64,000 nucleotides of DNA from contig BROI01000003.1 of NCBI GenBank assembly GCA_027923505.1, positions 1,488,001 to 1,552,000 of the forward strand. The letters run 5' to 3'. The stretch is from Mayamaea pseudoterrestris. Its lineage: Eukaryota. The position numbers and the translations under genes were made by a program. Of the stretch, positions 1 to 10,635 are shown in pieces. Under the pieces are notes generated by a model. It did not search any database. It was not told where the DNA came from and was given only the letters and a program-made list of their open reading frames with translations. Numbering within the stretch: the first letter of the stretch is position 1; every line of letters starts with the position of its first letter.

Positions 1-1180
1 GCTGAGGGTCACACGCTCACGATCGTGAAGGATATACGGTTCGACGTCTGGCTGGCACGAGACTTTGCAGAGATTACGCTCCGCGACATTGGTTCATGCC
101 GTATCGCAGAACGGACGATGCGCGAAAAGGCACGCACTACGAATACGTTTGTGTATGTCGACGATTTAGCGATAGCGATGAAGAATCCGGAAGGAACTAA
201 CGGATCTTTTAATTGAGAACTACAACTACGTTGAAGGGCGTCGGTCCATTGGCATATCATTTGGGCGCAGACGTTTGGCGAGACGACGACGGCGTACTCT
301 GCTTCGAGCGAAGAAGTACGTCACAAGACTACTAGCGAACTACAAAGAAATGTTCGGCGAGGAACCGCGACCGCAGACAAGTCCACTACGCGACGGCGAC
401 TATCCGGAACTCGAGAAACGAAAGAACTGAGAGACGGAATTGCGAAGTATCAATCGATTGCGCGTTGTTGGTAAGTTTATGTCGATTCGACATTCATGCA
501 GTGTCATGACTATGGGGAGATTCCGAGCTGCGCCAATGAGCGGGGCACTTGGAACGGTTGAAGCATATTTGCGGATACTACGAAGATACCCGGATGGAGC
601 GATCTGATTCAACGTTTCGATTCCAACGGACGAGCCGATACACGCGATAGTTGACAAGATGGATTGGGATTACAGTGTGTACGGCAAGATCTGCGAAGGA
701 GCTTCCAGGAACATGCCATGCTGCGCGGCAAGGCGGTGCGAATGTCAACGTTCGAAGATGCGAACCTGTACCACGATTACATGACGGACGGGCAGCGATG
801 GCAACGCAATTTATTAATGGAAATAGTCGTTGATTGGTTTTCGAAACGCCAAGCGACGGTCGAGACGGACGGTCGAGCGCGTTTGTAGCAGCGAGAGAGG
901 AGCACGGAGCAGAAGGGATTGTAGATTTGGGAGTTCCGTCGAGGATATGGATGTTTGGAGACAACAAACGTGTAACGCAAAGCAGCAACCCATCGTACTC
1001 TAGTCTTCAAGCGACACAATGAGGATATCACTGAGTAGCGAAGATGGGGGAATTATTAATTTTAAATCTACATCATGGGAACGACAAACCCGGCGGATGT
1101 ACTTAACAAGTTTCTTCCACGGGACGGCAAGCAAGACTTAAAGAACCTGTCTTCAAGGAATCTAACTGGCAGGTGATTGA
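1..1180 (+). mobile_element. Ty1/copia (CoDi-like) LTR retrotransposon, RT-RNaseH segment, copy 1 (frameshifted; runs off the window start)
   Basis: Motifs scattered across frames: YVDDL (RT catalytic), SPLRDGDYPEL, HLERLKHICG, DWDYSVYG, FEDANLYHD, WFSKRQATVET, MFGDNK, TNPADVL-KF. Followed by a polypurine tract. Confidence 0.9.
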
Positions 1181-1429
1181 GGGGAGTTGCAGGATGCGAA
1201 CGAAAACAGCGAAAATGAGTCACACCGAATGTCCGAAGACAGGGATTCGGGTTCACCACAGTCACGACGGATGGGAGACGGTTCGAGCGATTCAACAAGT
1301 ATATTGGAAACTAGTGCGATATAGAGTAGAAACAAGCCAGACTTACCAAGCTTGAAGAGTTAAGAAAAGCGATTTATTCGTCTCGTATTGTAAAGTAAAT
1401 CAGTAAGCTTGGATTGGCCATCCAAGACA
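1179..1429 (+). repeat. Polypurine tract and putative 3' LTR (~240 bp) of copia copy 1
   Basis: GAGGGGAG at 1179-1186, then TG at 1188. Ends ...CTTGGATTGGCCATCCAAGACA (hairpin, then terminal CA at 1428-1429). Its 5' part recurs at ~3400-3500. Confidence 0.65.
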
Positions 1430-3500
1430 GCGCAAGCGAAAGGTGCAACGATGATTTGACCAAGTTACAAAAACTGCCGATTTAATCGAACGACAGATGA
1501 CGAAGTATACGAAAGATGAAAGTAATCGGACACGAGCTTAATTGAAACCGAACGATCCGCCATACAAAGGAAGTTCAAGTAACGCTCTCGCCGAATGAGA
1601 CGGAACGACGACGTCGGAGCTTCGCGATCATGAAGAAGGACGATCCGATAACGATCGCAGAGTATGGACTCAAGCACGGCTTACCTGGACACAGGGATGG
1701 AAGCAGCTGAGATTACACTCGGAAGCGAAAGAAGTTTCCGACAGATGTACAGGCAAAAAAAATCGAAAGCAAACGGGTACGCTACAATTTCGCGGCGCGA
1801 AGGGCGCGCAATTATAAAGATGGAAAGTCTCGACGAGATCAACGGCAACATCGCATGAGATGCATTGGCACGAATTAAATTAAACTCGCCAGAAAATATT
1901 ACCACACGTTCAGATCAAGGAGTCGGTATTGCGTGGGCGCGGGGGAAACGAATAAACGTGCACATGAATTGTCAAGCACGATTTGTGAGAAACAGGAGGA
2001 GGACAATGACAGAGCCGCCGAAGATTCATTTACTCGGGTGTTGTGTCATTACGAAGTCCGTAGCGGCGTTAGCGGAACTCAACGGTCTGAACTGGCAGCT
2101 GACGTCGGCAATGCATACTTTGGAAGCGAAAAACAAAAGAAAAGGTTTATATCGTGGCAGGTCCGGAGTTCGGGGAGGGTCACACGCTCACGATCGAAGG
2201 ATTATACGGTTTGCACGTGCACGCTGGCACCGAGCATCTTGCAGACACCCGCGACATTGGCTTCATGCCGTATCGTAGAACCGGACGTGTGGATGCGCCG
2301 AGCAAGGCACGCATCTACGAATACGTTTTGTGTATGTCGACGATTTAGCGAGCAGCGATGAAGAATCCGAAGGAACTAACGGATCTTTAAACGGAGAAAC
2401 ATAACTAGAGTTGAAGGGTCGGTCCATTGGTATATCATTTAGAGATTTGGCGAGACGACGACGGCGTACTCTGCTTGGAGCGAAGAAGTACGGGCCACAA
2501 GACTACCAGCGAACTACAAAGAAATGTTCGGCGAGGAACTGGCGACTGCAGACAAGTCCACTACGCGACGGCGATCATCCGGAACTCGACGAAACGAAAG
2601 AACTTGACGACGACGGAACGGCGGGGCACGAATCGATCAATTGGTGCGTTGCAATGGGCAGTAAGTTTATGTCGACCCGGGACATTCACTGCGCTGTCAT
2701 GACTATGGGAGATTCCCGAAAGGCGCCACGAGGGCACTTGGAACGGTTGAAGCATATTTGCGGATACTTACGACGATACCCGAAGGAGCGATTCGATTCA
2801 ACGTTTCGATTCCAACGGACGAAAGGGAAGTGGTGTTACAAGATGGATTGGGATTACAGTGTAATGGCAAGATCATGAGTTCTCGTGGAACATGCCCACG
2901 CCACGCTGCAAGGCGGTAAGAAATTGTCAACGTTCGGCGATGCCAACCTGTACCACGATTACATCAATGGACGGGCAGCGAAGGGCACGCAATGTTGAAT
3001 GGGACAGTCGTCGATTGGTTTTCGAAACGCCAAGCGACGGTCGAGATTTTCGCGATGTACGGCTGAGCCGTTTGTAGCAGCAAGAGCGGGAGCACGGAGC
3101 AGGATCATGATTCGCTTCACGCTACGCATAAGCTGTGGAGTTCCGCCTCGACGGACCTTCATGGATGTTTGGAGACAACAAGTCGGGTAACGCATAGCAG
3201 CAACCTACCGCACTCTAGTCTGACGAAGCGATTACAATGTAATTGGCATTTCACTTTGTAGAAGCGAATATTATTAATTTCAACCACATCATGGGAACGA
3301 CAACTGGCGGATGTGGCCTACCAAGTTTCTCCCACGGGCTACGGCAAGCACTCAAAGAACCTGCTCTTCAAGGAATCTAACTATTAGCATGAGAGGGGGT
3401 TGAGATGCGGAAAACGAAAACAGCGAAAATCGGAAGAGTTCGTCAATGAATGTCCGATAGGGTGACACAGCGGCACTCGCGGCTCACCACAGCCTCACGA
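1430..3500 (+). mobile_element. Ty1/copia segment, copy 2: pre-RT linker, RT, RNaseH, PPT and a truncated LTR
   Basis: DEINGN, MTEPPK, LAELNGL, ADVGNAY and AGPEFGEGHTL motifs. Bases 2179-3380 parallel bases 7-1170. PPT GAGAGGGGG at 3391-3399. The LTR is cut off by the satellite. Confidence 0.9.
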
Positions 3501-3517
3501 TCGCGTGATGCGTGGCA

Positions 3518-6500
3518 CGTGGCATACATGGTGAATGGATGATTAGGTGCCTGACCAACTTATGGCCCATCATTGACAACAAACATGATTGGAAAGAAAT
3601 TGGAGGGCTCAGCAGGCAATGCTGATGATCCTTGCAGCCAAAAAGGGAGCAGGGCTAACACATTTAACCAATGGTTGAATGTGCGGAGTCTCAGGGCATA
3701 GTGATGGCTTCGCACCCAAATGGACAAGTCTATGAGTCCCAATCAATCTTTCAGTCCATGTTGGTTGTATTATGGGGTCTGCAGGCCAATTTGGAAGTCT
3801 CACTTGCCACTTGAGGTGCACTGCTAGCAGATCCAACAAGTTGTTGGATCTGCTCAGTCTCACCATGGCGTACATGGTGATGGTTGCTGAGGTGCAACTG
3901 ACCAACTTATGGCCCATCATTGACAACAAACATGTTTGGAAAGAAATTGGAGGGCTCAGCGGGCAATGCTGATGATCCCTGCAGCCAAAATTTGAGCAGG
4001 GCTGGCACATTTAACCAATGGTTGAATGTGCGGAGTCTCAGGGCATGGTGATGGCTTCCACGCCCAAATGGACAAGTGTATGAGCCCCAATCAATGTTCA
4101 AGTCCTTACAGGTTGTATTATGGGGTCTGCAGGCCATTTTGGAAGTCTCACTTGCCACTTGAGGTGCACCGCTAGCAGATCCAACAAGTTGTTGGATATG
4201 CTCAGTCTCACCGTGGCATACATGGTGATGGATGCTGAGGTGCAACTGACCAACTTATGGCCCATCACACTTCATGACAAAAAATATGATTTGAAAGAAA
4301 TGGGCTCAGCAGGCAATGCTGATGATCCCTGCAGCCAAAAAGGGAGCAGGGCTGGCACATTCAACCAATGTTTGAATGTGCGGAGTCTCAGGGCATAATG
4401 ATGGCTTCCACACCCAAATGGACAAGTCTATGAGCCTTATTAAATGTTCCAGTCCATGTTGGCTGTATTATGGGGTCTGCAGGCCATTTTGGAAGTCTCA
4501 CTGGCTACATGAGGTGCACCACTAGCAGATCCAACAAGTTGTTGGATCTGCTCAGTCTCACTGTGGCATACATGGTGATGGATGCTGAGGTGCAACTGAC
4601 CAACTTATGGCCCATCATTGACAAAAAACTTGATTGGAAAGAAATTGGAGGGCTCAGTGGGCAATGCTGATGATCCCTGCAGCCAAAATAGAAGCAGGGC
4701 TGGCACATTCAACCATTGGATGAATGTGCACAGTATCAGGGCATAGTGATGGCTTCCACACCCAAATGGACAAGTCTATGAGCCCCAATCAATGTTCAAG
4801 TCCATGTTGGCTGTATTATGGGGTCTGCAGGCCAATTTGGAAGTCTCACTTGCCACTTGAGGTGCACCGCCAGCAGATCCAACAATTTGTTGGATCTGCT
4901 CAGTCTCACCGTGGCATACATGGTGATGGATGCTGAGGTGCAACTGACCAAACTTATGGCCCATCATTGATGACAAACATGATTGGAAAGAAATTGGAGG
5001 GCTCAGCGGGCAATGCTGATGATCCCTGCAGCCAAAATGGGAGCAGGGCTGGCACATTCAACCAATGGTTGAATATGCGGAGTCTCAGGGCATGGTGATG
5101 GCATCCACACCCAAATGGACAAGTCTATGAGCCCCTATCAATGTTCCAGTCCATGTTGGCTGTATTATGGGGTTGGCAGGCCATTTTGGAAGTCTCACTG
5201 CCTCTTGAGGTGCACCGCTAGCAGATCCAACAAGTTGTTGCATCAGCTCAGTCTTACCATCACATACATGGTGATGGATGCTGAGGTGCAACTGACCAAC
5301 TTATGGCCCACCATTGACAACAAACATGATTTGAAAGAAATTGGAGGACTCAGTGGGCAATGCTGATGATCCCTGCAGCCAAAATGGGAGCAGGGCTGGC
5401 ACATTCAACCATTGGTTGAATGTGCGCAGTATCAGGGCATAGTGATGGCTTCCACACCCATATGGACAAGTCTATGAGTCCCAATCAATGTTCCAGTCCT
5501 TACAGGTTGTATTATGGGGTCTGCAGGCCATTTTGGAAGTCTCACTTGCCACTTGAGGTGCACCGCTAGCAGATCCAACAAGTTGTTGGATCTGCTCAGT
5601 CTCACCGTGGCATACATGGTGATGGATGATGAGGTGCAACTGACCAACTTATGGCCCATCATTGACAACAAACATGATTGGAAAGAAATTGGAGGGCTCA
5701 GCGGGCAATGCTGATGATCCCTGCAGCCAAAATAGAAGCAGGGCTGGCACATTCAACCAATGGTTGAATGTGCACAGTATCAGGGCATAGTGATGGCTTC
5801 CACACCCAAATGGACAAGTCTATGAGCCCCAATCAATATTCCAGTCCATGTTGGCTGTATTATGAGGTCTGCAGGCCATTTTGAAGTCTCACTTGCCACT
5901 TGAGGTGCACTGCTAGCAGATCCAACAAGTTGTTGGATATGCTCAGTCTCACTGTGGCGTACATGGTGATGGATGCTGAGGTGCAACTGACCAACTTATG
6001 GCCCATCATGCTTCATGACAACAAACATGATTGGAAAGAAATTGGAGGGCTCAGCGGGCAATGCTGATGATCCCTGCAGCCAAAATGGGAGCAGGGCTGG
6101 CACATTCAACCAATGGTTGAATGTGCGGAGTCTCAGGGCATAGTGATGGCTTCCACACCCAAATGGACAAGTCTATGAGCCCCAATCAATGTTCCAGTCC
6201 ATGTTGGCTGTATTATGGGGTCTGCAGGCCATTTTGGAAGTCTCACTTGCCACTTGAGGTGCACCGCTAGCAGATCCAACAAGTTGTTGGATCTGCTCAG
6301 TCTCACCGTGGCATACATGGTGATGGATGCTGAGGTGCAACTGACCAACTTATGGCCCATCATTGACAACAAACATGATTGAAAGAAATTGGAGGGCTCA
6401 GCGGGCAATGCTGATGATACCTGCAGTTAAAATGGGAGCAGGGCTGGCACATTCAACCATTGGTTGAATGTGCGGAGTCTCAGGGCATAGTGATGGCTTC

Positions 6501-6650
6501 CACACCCAAATGGACAAGTCTATGAGTCCCAATCAATGTTCAAGTCCTTATAGGTTGTATTATGGGGTCTGCATGCCAATTTGGAAGTCTCACATGCCAC
6601 TTGAGGTGCACCGCTAGCAGATCCAACCATTTGTTGGATCTGCCCAGTCT
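3518..6650. repeat. Tandem satellite array, ~9 units of ~348 bp, two palindromes per unit
   Basis: The anchor CTGACCAAC(TTATGG), with a 1-nt insertion at 4944, starts at 3551, 3898, 4246, 4596, 4944, 5292, 5640, 5987 and 6341. Spacing is 347-354 bp. Confidence 0.98.
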
Positions 6651-6862
6651 AATTACTTGGTGTTAGGTTCCTCCCACAACTTCTTGTCCATATTCATAAA
6701 TGTAATGTTCTTTTGTTCATTTACAATATGGAGTACCTGGTTATTTCCTCGGTAGACTGCAATGCCATTGGATATGACGCAAAAGCTAAATGAGAAAACC
6801 AGTGCGACAGGCTTTTAGTGACTGACTCACCGATTGCGTTCGAAGGTCGCCATGATCACATC

Positions 6863-8119
6863 ATGATGTTGTTAATCCCACGGAAAGGTCGCTACATATT
6901 GCTCTTTCAGATCACTGCACTCCTCTGTAACTTTCAAGAAATTGCGGCTCTCAAATCTTTATCTATTGATCGAAGAATGTTACTCCGACGGCTATCGAAC
7001 ATAGCTACCACAACTCTTACATTCGCCTTGACGACGTCGTCAAATGCCTTCGCATTTTCTTCGCAGAACTCAGCAATGACATCATCGAATGTGGTATCAG
7101 GATCAAATCCTACTACACAAGTCGCATACAAGTCGTTTCAACTACCCATGGGTAATTTTGGAGTCAGTGTTCCTGTCGCTTGCTGGTTTCCATTCCCAAG
7201 TGATGCCTCTAAAAGTGAATCTTTTTCTTTCGACAAAACTGCGACTGATAATCCTGTCCGATACGAGCACCGAATATCCGTTAAGCGAATCGGACAGCTA
7301 TTAGCTGGTTGGAATTTCATTCCAGACTTTACATCGCGCAAGTTTTCACTCAGTCCAGGCTTGCCGAAAGTGATGGACGCACAAAATTGTCACCTTCCAA
7401 CCTCGGCACCTCTTGTTCTATTGGCACATGGGTACCTTGGAAGTCGGTTCGATCTCAGTCACTTGGCAGAAAAGCTAGCGTCTGAAGGATTTGTCTGCGT
7501 GGCGGCAGAATACCCCGAGTCTCTGGCTGCTTCTTATGATCGCGTTGAAGGATTGACGCGTCAAGACATCAACACCAAGCTATTGAATTGCATACAGAAT
7601 GACTTGAGTATGACACCAAGGAGCTACGGCATTGTTGGACATTCGCTAGGTTGCGGGACTGCGATTGATACAGGCGATGAACGCTGGGCAAGAGTGTGTA
7701 TTGCTGGTTTTCCGCGACGTCGCGACGGATCACCGATCGAAGGGAATCTGCTGTTTCTGACGTCCATGAATGATGGTGCTGTGTCCTTGGCTCGATTCGG
7801 AGGTAAAGCTGCAATGCCTTCTGACATTACTGTGTTGGAGGAAACCTCGTTGGAGGGAGTGATTGGTTCAAACAACATACCGAAACGTGCCGCAGTCATT
7901 TTCGACCGGCCCGATGCGCCGAATCACATTTCTTTTCTAGCTGAAGGCGTCAATGACGCAATGATTGACTTGCTTTCGCCGCTACTTCCCGTGGCGCAGT
8001 CGCTCAGCATTCCTGTTCTAGATTTCGACCGGTACCAGACCAGTCGAGATAGTTTGGCAGCAGCTAACGCGTACCAACCGTTGGTTGTTGCGTATCTAAA
8101 ACAACAGATGAAGGCATGA
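6863..8119 (+). CDS. Alpha/beta hydrolase (PAF-acetylhydrolase/chlorophyllase-like), probably plastid or thylakoid targeted
   Basis: LLAHGYLGSRFD, nucleophile motif GHSLG, candidate Asp (NDG) and His (NHISF). N-terminal signal peptide followed by DRR...hydrophobic...AFA. Confidence 0.8.
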   Translation: MMLLIPRKGRYILLFQITALLCNFQEIAALKSLSIDRRMLLRRLSNIATTTLTFALTTSSNAFAFSSQNSAMTSSNVVSGSNPTTQVAYKSFQLPMGNFGVSVPVACWFPFPSDASKSESFSFDKTATDNPVRYEHRISVKRIGQLLAGWNFIPDFTSRKFSLSPGLPKVMDAQNCHLPTSAPLVLLAHGYLGSRFDLSHLAEKLASEGFVCVAAEYPESLAASYDRVEGLTRQDINTKLLNCIQNDLSMTPRSYGIVGHSLGCGTAIDTGDERWARVCIAGFPRRRDGSPIEGNLLFLTSMNDGAVSLARFGGKAAMPSDITVLEETSLEGVIGSNNIPKRAAVIFDRPDAPNHISFLAEGVNDAMIDLLSPLLPVAQSLSIPVLDFDRYQTSRDSLAAANAYQPLVVAYLKQQMKA

Positions 8120-8180
8120 TAGAGATAGAATTTATACAATACGTACGTAAAAAGAGACAATTATCATACATCTATTGATA

Positions 8181-9271
8181 TCACACCGTCAGTACGCTAG
8201 TTGCATCTAGAATAGAAGGTGACTGCAGACCAGTCGGCGACCAACAAGCGGCTTGCTGCTCCTCGTATTCGCAGGTTTGTCTCGCCACCTGGCTGACGAC
8301 ACACAAGCCGCACCAAAAGGATAAGCAGCAGTCTTCCCATTGCCCAAGAACACGATATTGAATGGGAATGTCAAACAAGAGCCGAACCTGCCGCCTTAGC
8401 TTGGACAGAACAAACAATGTGTAGATGGCAAACGTCCAATCAACCGAGCGATACATGACATTGTGCGAAAACGAAGTATCATCGTCGTCGTCGAAGGCTG
8501 GAGACAAAAGGTTCCACGCCGCATAAAACCCAACAATCACCAACACCCTCCAAAAGGTGCGTGTCCACTCATGCTCCGGCGCTCTGTCTCCCAGCCAATT
8601 CATTTTCAATCTTGTCAGCACTTGCGCCATGAGAATTTGTGGACAAAATAGGGCATGAAGAAACGACGGATGACATGGGCCAAATCGACAGCAATCAAAC
8701 AAGCCATCCTTCCAGCTTCCAACGTCATGCTCGCGCGCAGATTTGTTGAGAAACGGCGTCCCTTCCGTGGCGTGATTCGCTCCAAATGGCACCGATATCA
8801 CTTGTCCAGGTTGGACGCCTCCTTTTGGCTAATGCGTATATGAGTGAATGGATGGATTGCCATGGATGACGTCAAGAACAGCACCAGCAGTAACACTTTC
8901 AGTGTGCGACCATTACTCTTCGACAACTTACCACAGTCACTGAGAAGCTCTGTTCATTATGAGTCGCCGTAAAGGCGTAGCCTATAGATGCGTTACAACT
9001 TGTCAGGTGAATGGCTGCACCACAATCGCCAGCAGTTAAAAGGAATCAAAGCTGCGAAGAATGCACGCACCTTCTGGCATGGCGCATGGCGCTTCAATCT
9101 GCACCCAATGTGAAGACGGACCGCCATAACGTGCGGCATCAATCGGATGCATGAGGTTGACGGAAGAAAGGAAGCGAAGCACAAAAGTAGCTTTGTCCAG
9201 CACTTTGTATGATGTAATACAAGTAGTAAGTATCGCACCTCGGCGTCGAGTTTCATGGATCTTGGTGGCAT
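8181..9271 (-). CDS. PLAC8/Cys-rich family membrane protein (about 4 exons)
   Basis: WKDGLFDCC, LFCPQILMAQ and EDCCLSFWCGLCVVSQVARQ. Upstream exons splice to give VQIEAPCAMPE/GYAFTATHNEQSFSVTV/PKGGVQPGQ with GT-AG ends. Confidence 0.85.
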
Positions 9272-9627
9272 CGCAGTTGCCGCGTCGGCGCGGGTAGCTC
9301 GGTCGGAAAAACTTACGGTTGCGAATTATGTCCTAGCTAAGGGATGGCAGCCAGGAGAAAAGCAGCGGTGCAAAGAACGATGCAGTATGCCAACAAAGAC
9401 AAAGTTTACTCAGCATACACAAGATAGACGTCGCATACCAATTAAATATAAAGAAATCATTTAGTTTGGGACGTAAGACGCGATTGATACTTGTAAGAAG
9501 AACGGGTAGCAAGGAATCGGGTCTTGCGTCTTGGTGGAATAAGAACTCAGTAGAAAAAACAAGCATGGTGGACATTAGTATGGCCAACACACTTGCTTTC
9601 ACATTTTCTCGGCAATAAGTCACCCGC

Positions 9628-10425
9628 CTAGTTGTTGGTGCCTTCAAATTCAAAGATCCAAGGATGCTGAATGCGGGCGCGCTCCTCCTCCTCCCGCGTC
9701 ATGGCCGGCAAGTTGAGGATCTCGCGAATCTGCATCGCCATGACGGATGAAGAGTTGTAAGAGTTGAATCATAGTTGTTTCGTATAGCGCTGCGAGTCGA
9801 GTACTCACCTCCTCTTCGTTCTTGCCATTCAACATAAAGGTAACCTTCAAACAAGCCAAGTCCAAAAGAGACTTAATGTTCATGTAATTCCCAGCGCGCA
9901 TAAGGTCTGCAGCGAAATGGGAATGCAATCATGAGACAACAGTGCGGCAACGCAGTGGTTCGTAAATGTTTCGTATGCGCCAACGTACCAAAGAGCAGCG
10001 GCGCCGGCATGTTTTCAACGTCAAAGAAGTTCTGGTACCAGTCGTTTCCAACGTTCTAGATGGAGTCAACAATGTGACGAGTTAAATAGCCTTGTTTAAA
10101 CCAAGCAAATACAATAATAAGCGTTTATACGTACCTGCTCAAATGTGTCATGCGGAAGAGGATGAGGAATTTCCGGCATGGGATCGTTTTCATGGTGCTT
10201 GAGAAACTCTACGACCTTTGTAAGAGTCTCGGACTTGACCCGCTCCAAAGCAATGGTTTCTGTGGGAGGAGTGTGAGGTTCCTCCTCATCTTCGTCGACC
10301 AAAAGGGTATCTTTCAAGAGAATGCTTTGAATGGCAGCCTTGAAGGGGAGGACAAACTCGCCGCCATCCGAGCCTGACAAAGTCACCATGTAATTATCGC
10401 TCACAGTTGTAGACCCATCGACCAT
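9628..10425 (-). CDS. SKP1: S-phase kinase-associated protein 1 (multi-exon)
   Basis: VTLSGSDGGEF, TLTKVVEFLKHH, EIPHPL, AGNYMNIKSLLDLAC, GKNEEE/IREILNL and EEEERARIQHPWIFE. Confidence 0.93.
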
Positions 10426-10635
10426 GGTTGATGTTGGCTTTTGCTTATAGTGCAGGGAGAGAAGATGAGAGTTACAAGGAACAATAAATAATGTGTCCCC
10501 GAGTCGACACGATACGGCTGATTGTGTTGTTGCGGCGCGGCGCCCGCGCCCAAGTACCGGTATGACCTTAACATTGCTCATCTTCATTCATCGCCGCACA
10601 AAACACGACGAGCATCAGCCATCGACCTTATCATC

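Noticed and set aside
3518..6650. CRISPR array or coding repeat (348 = 116 codons)
   Set aside because: The sequences between palindromes are repeated rather than unique spacers, and no cas genes are present. Unit lengths vary by non-multiples of 3 and the frames contain stops.
1..6650. RT plus repeat array as a retron- or DGR-like system
   Set aside because: The RT is an ordinary copia pol with RNaseH, PPT and LTR. Adjacency is explained by shared heterochromatin or by assembly.
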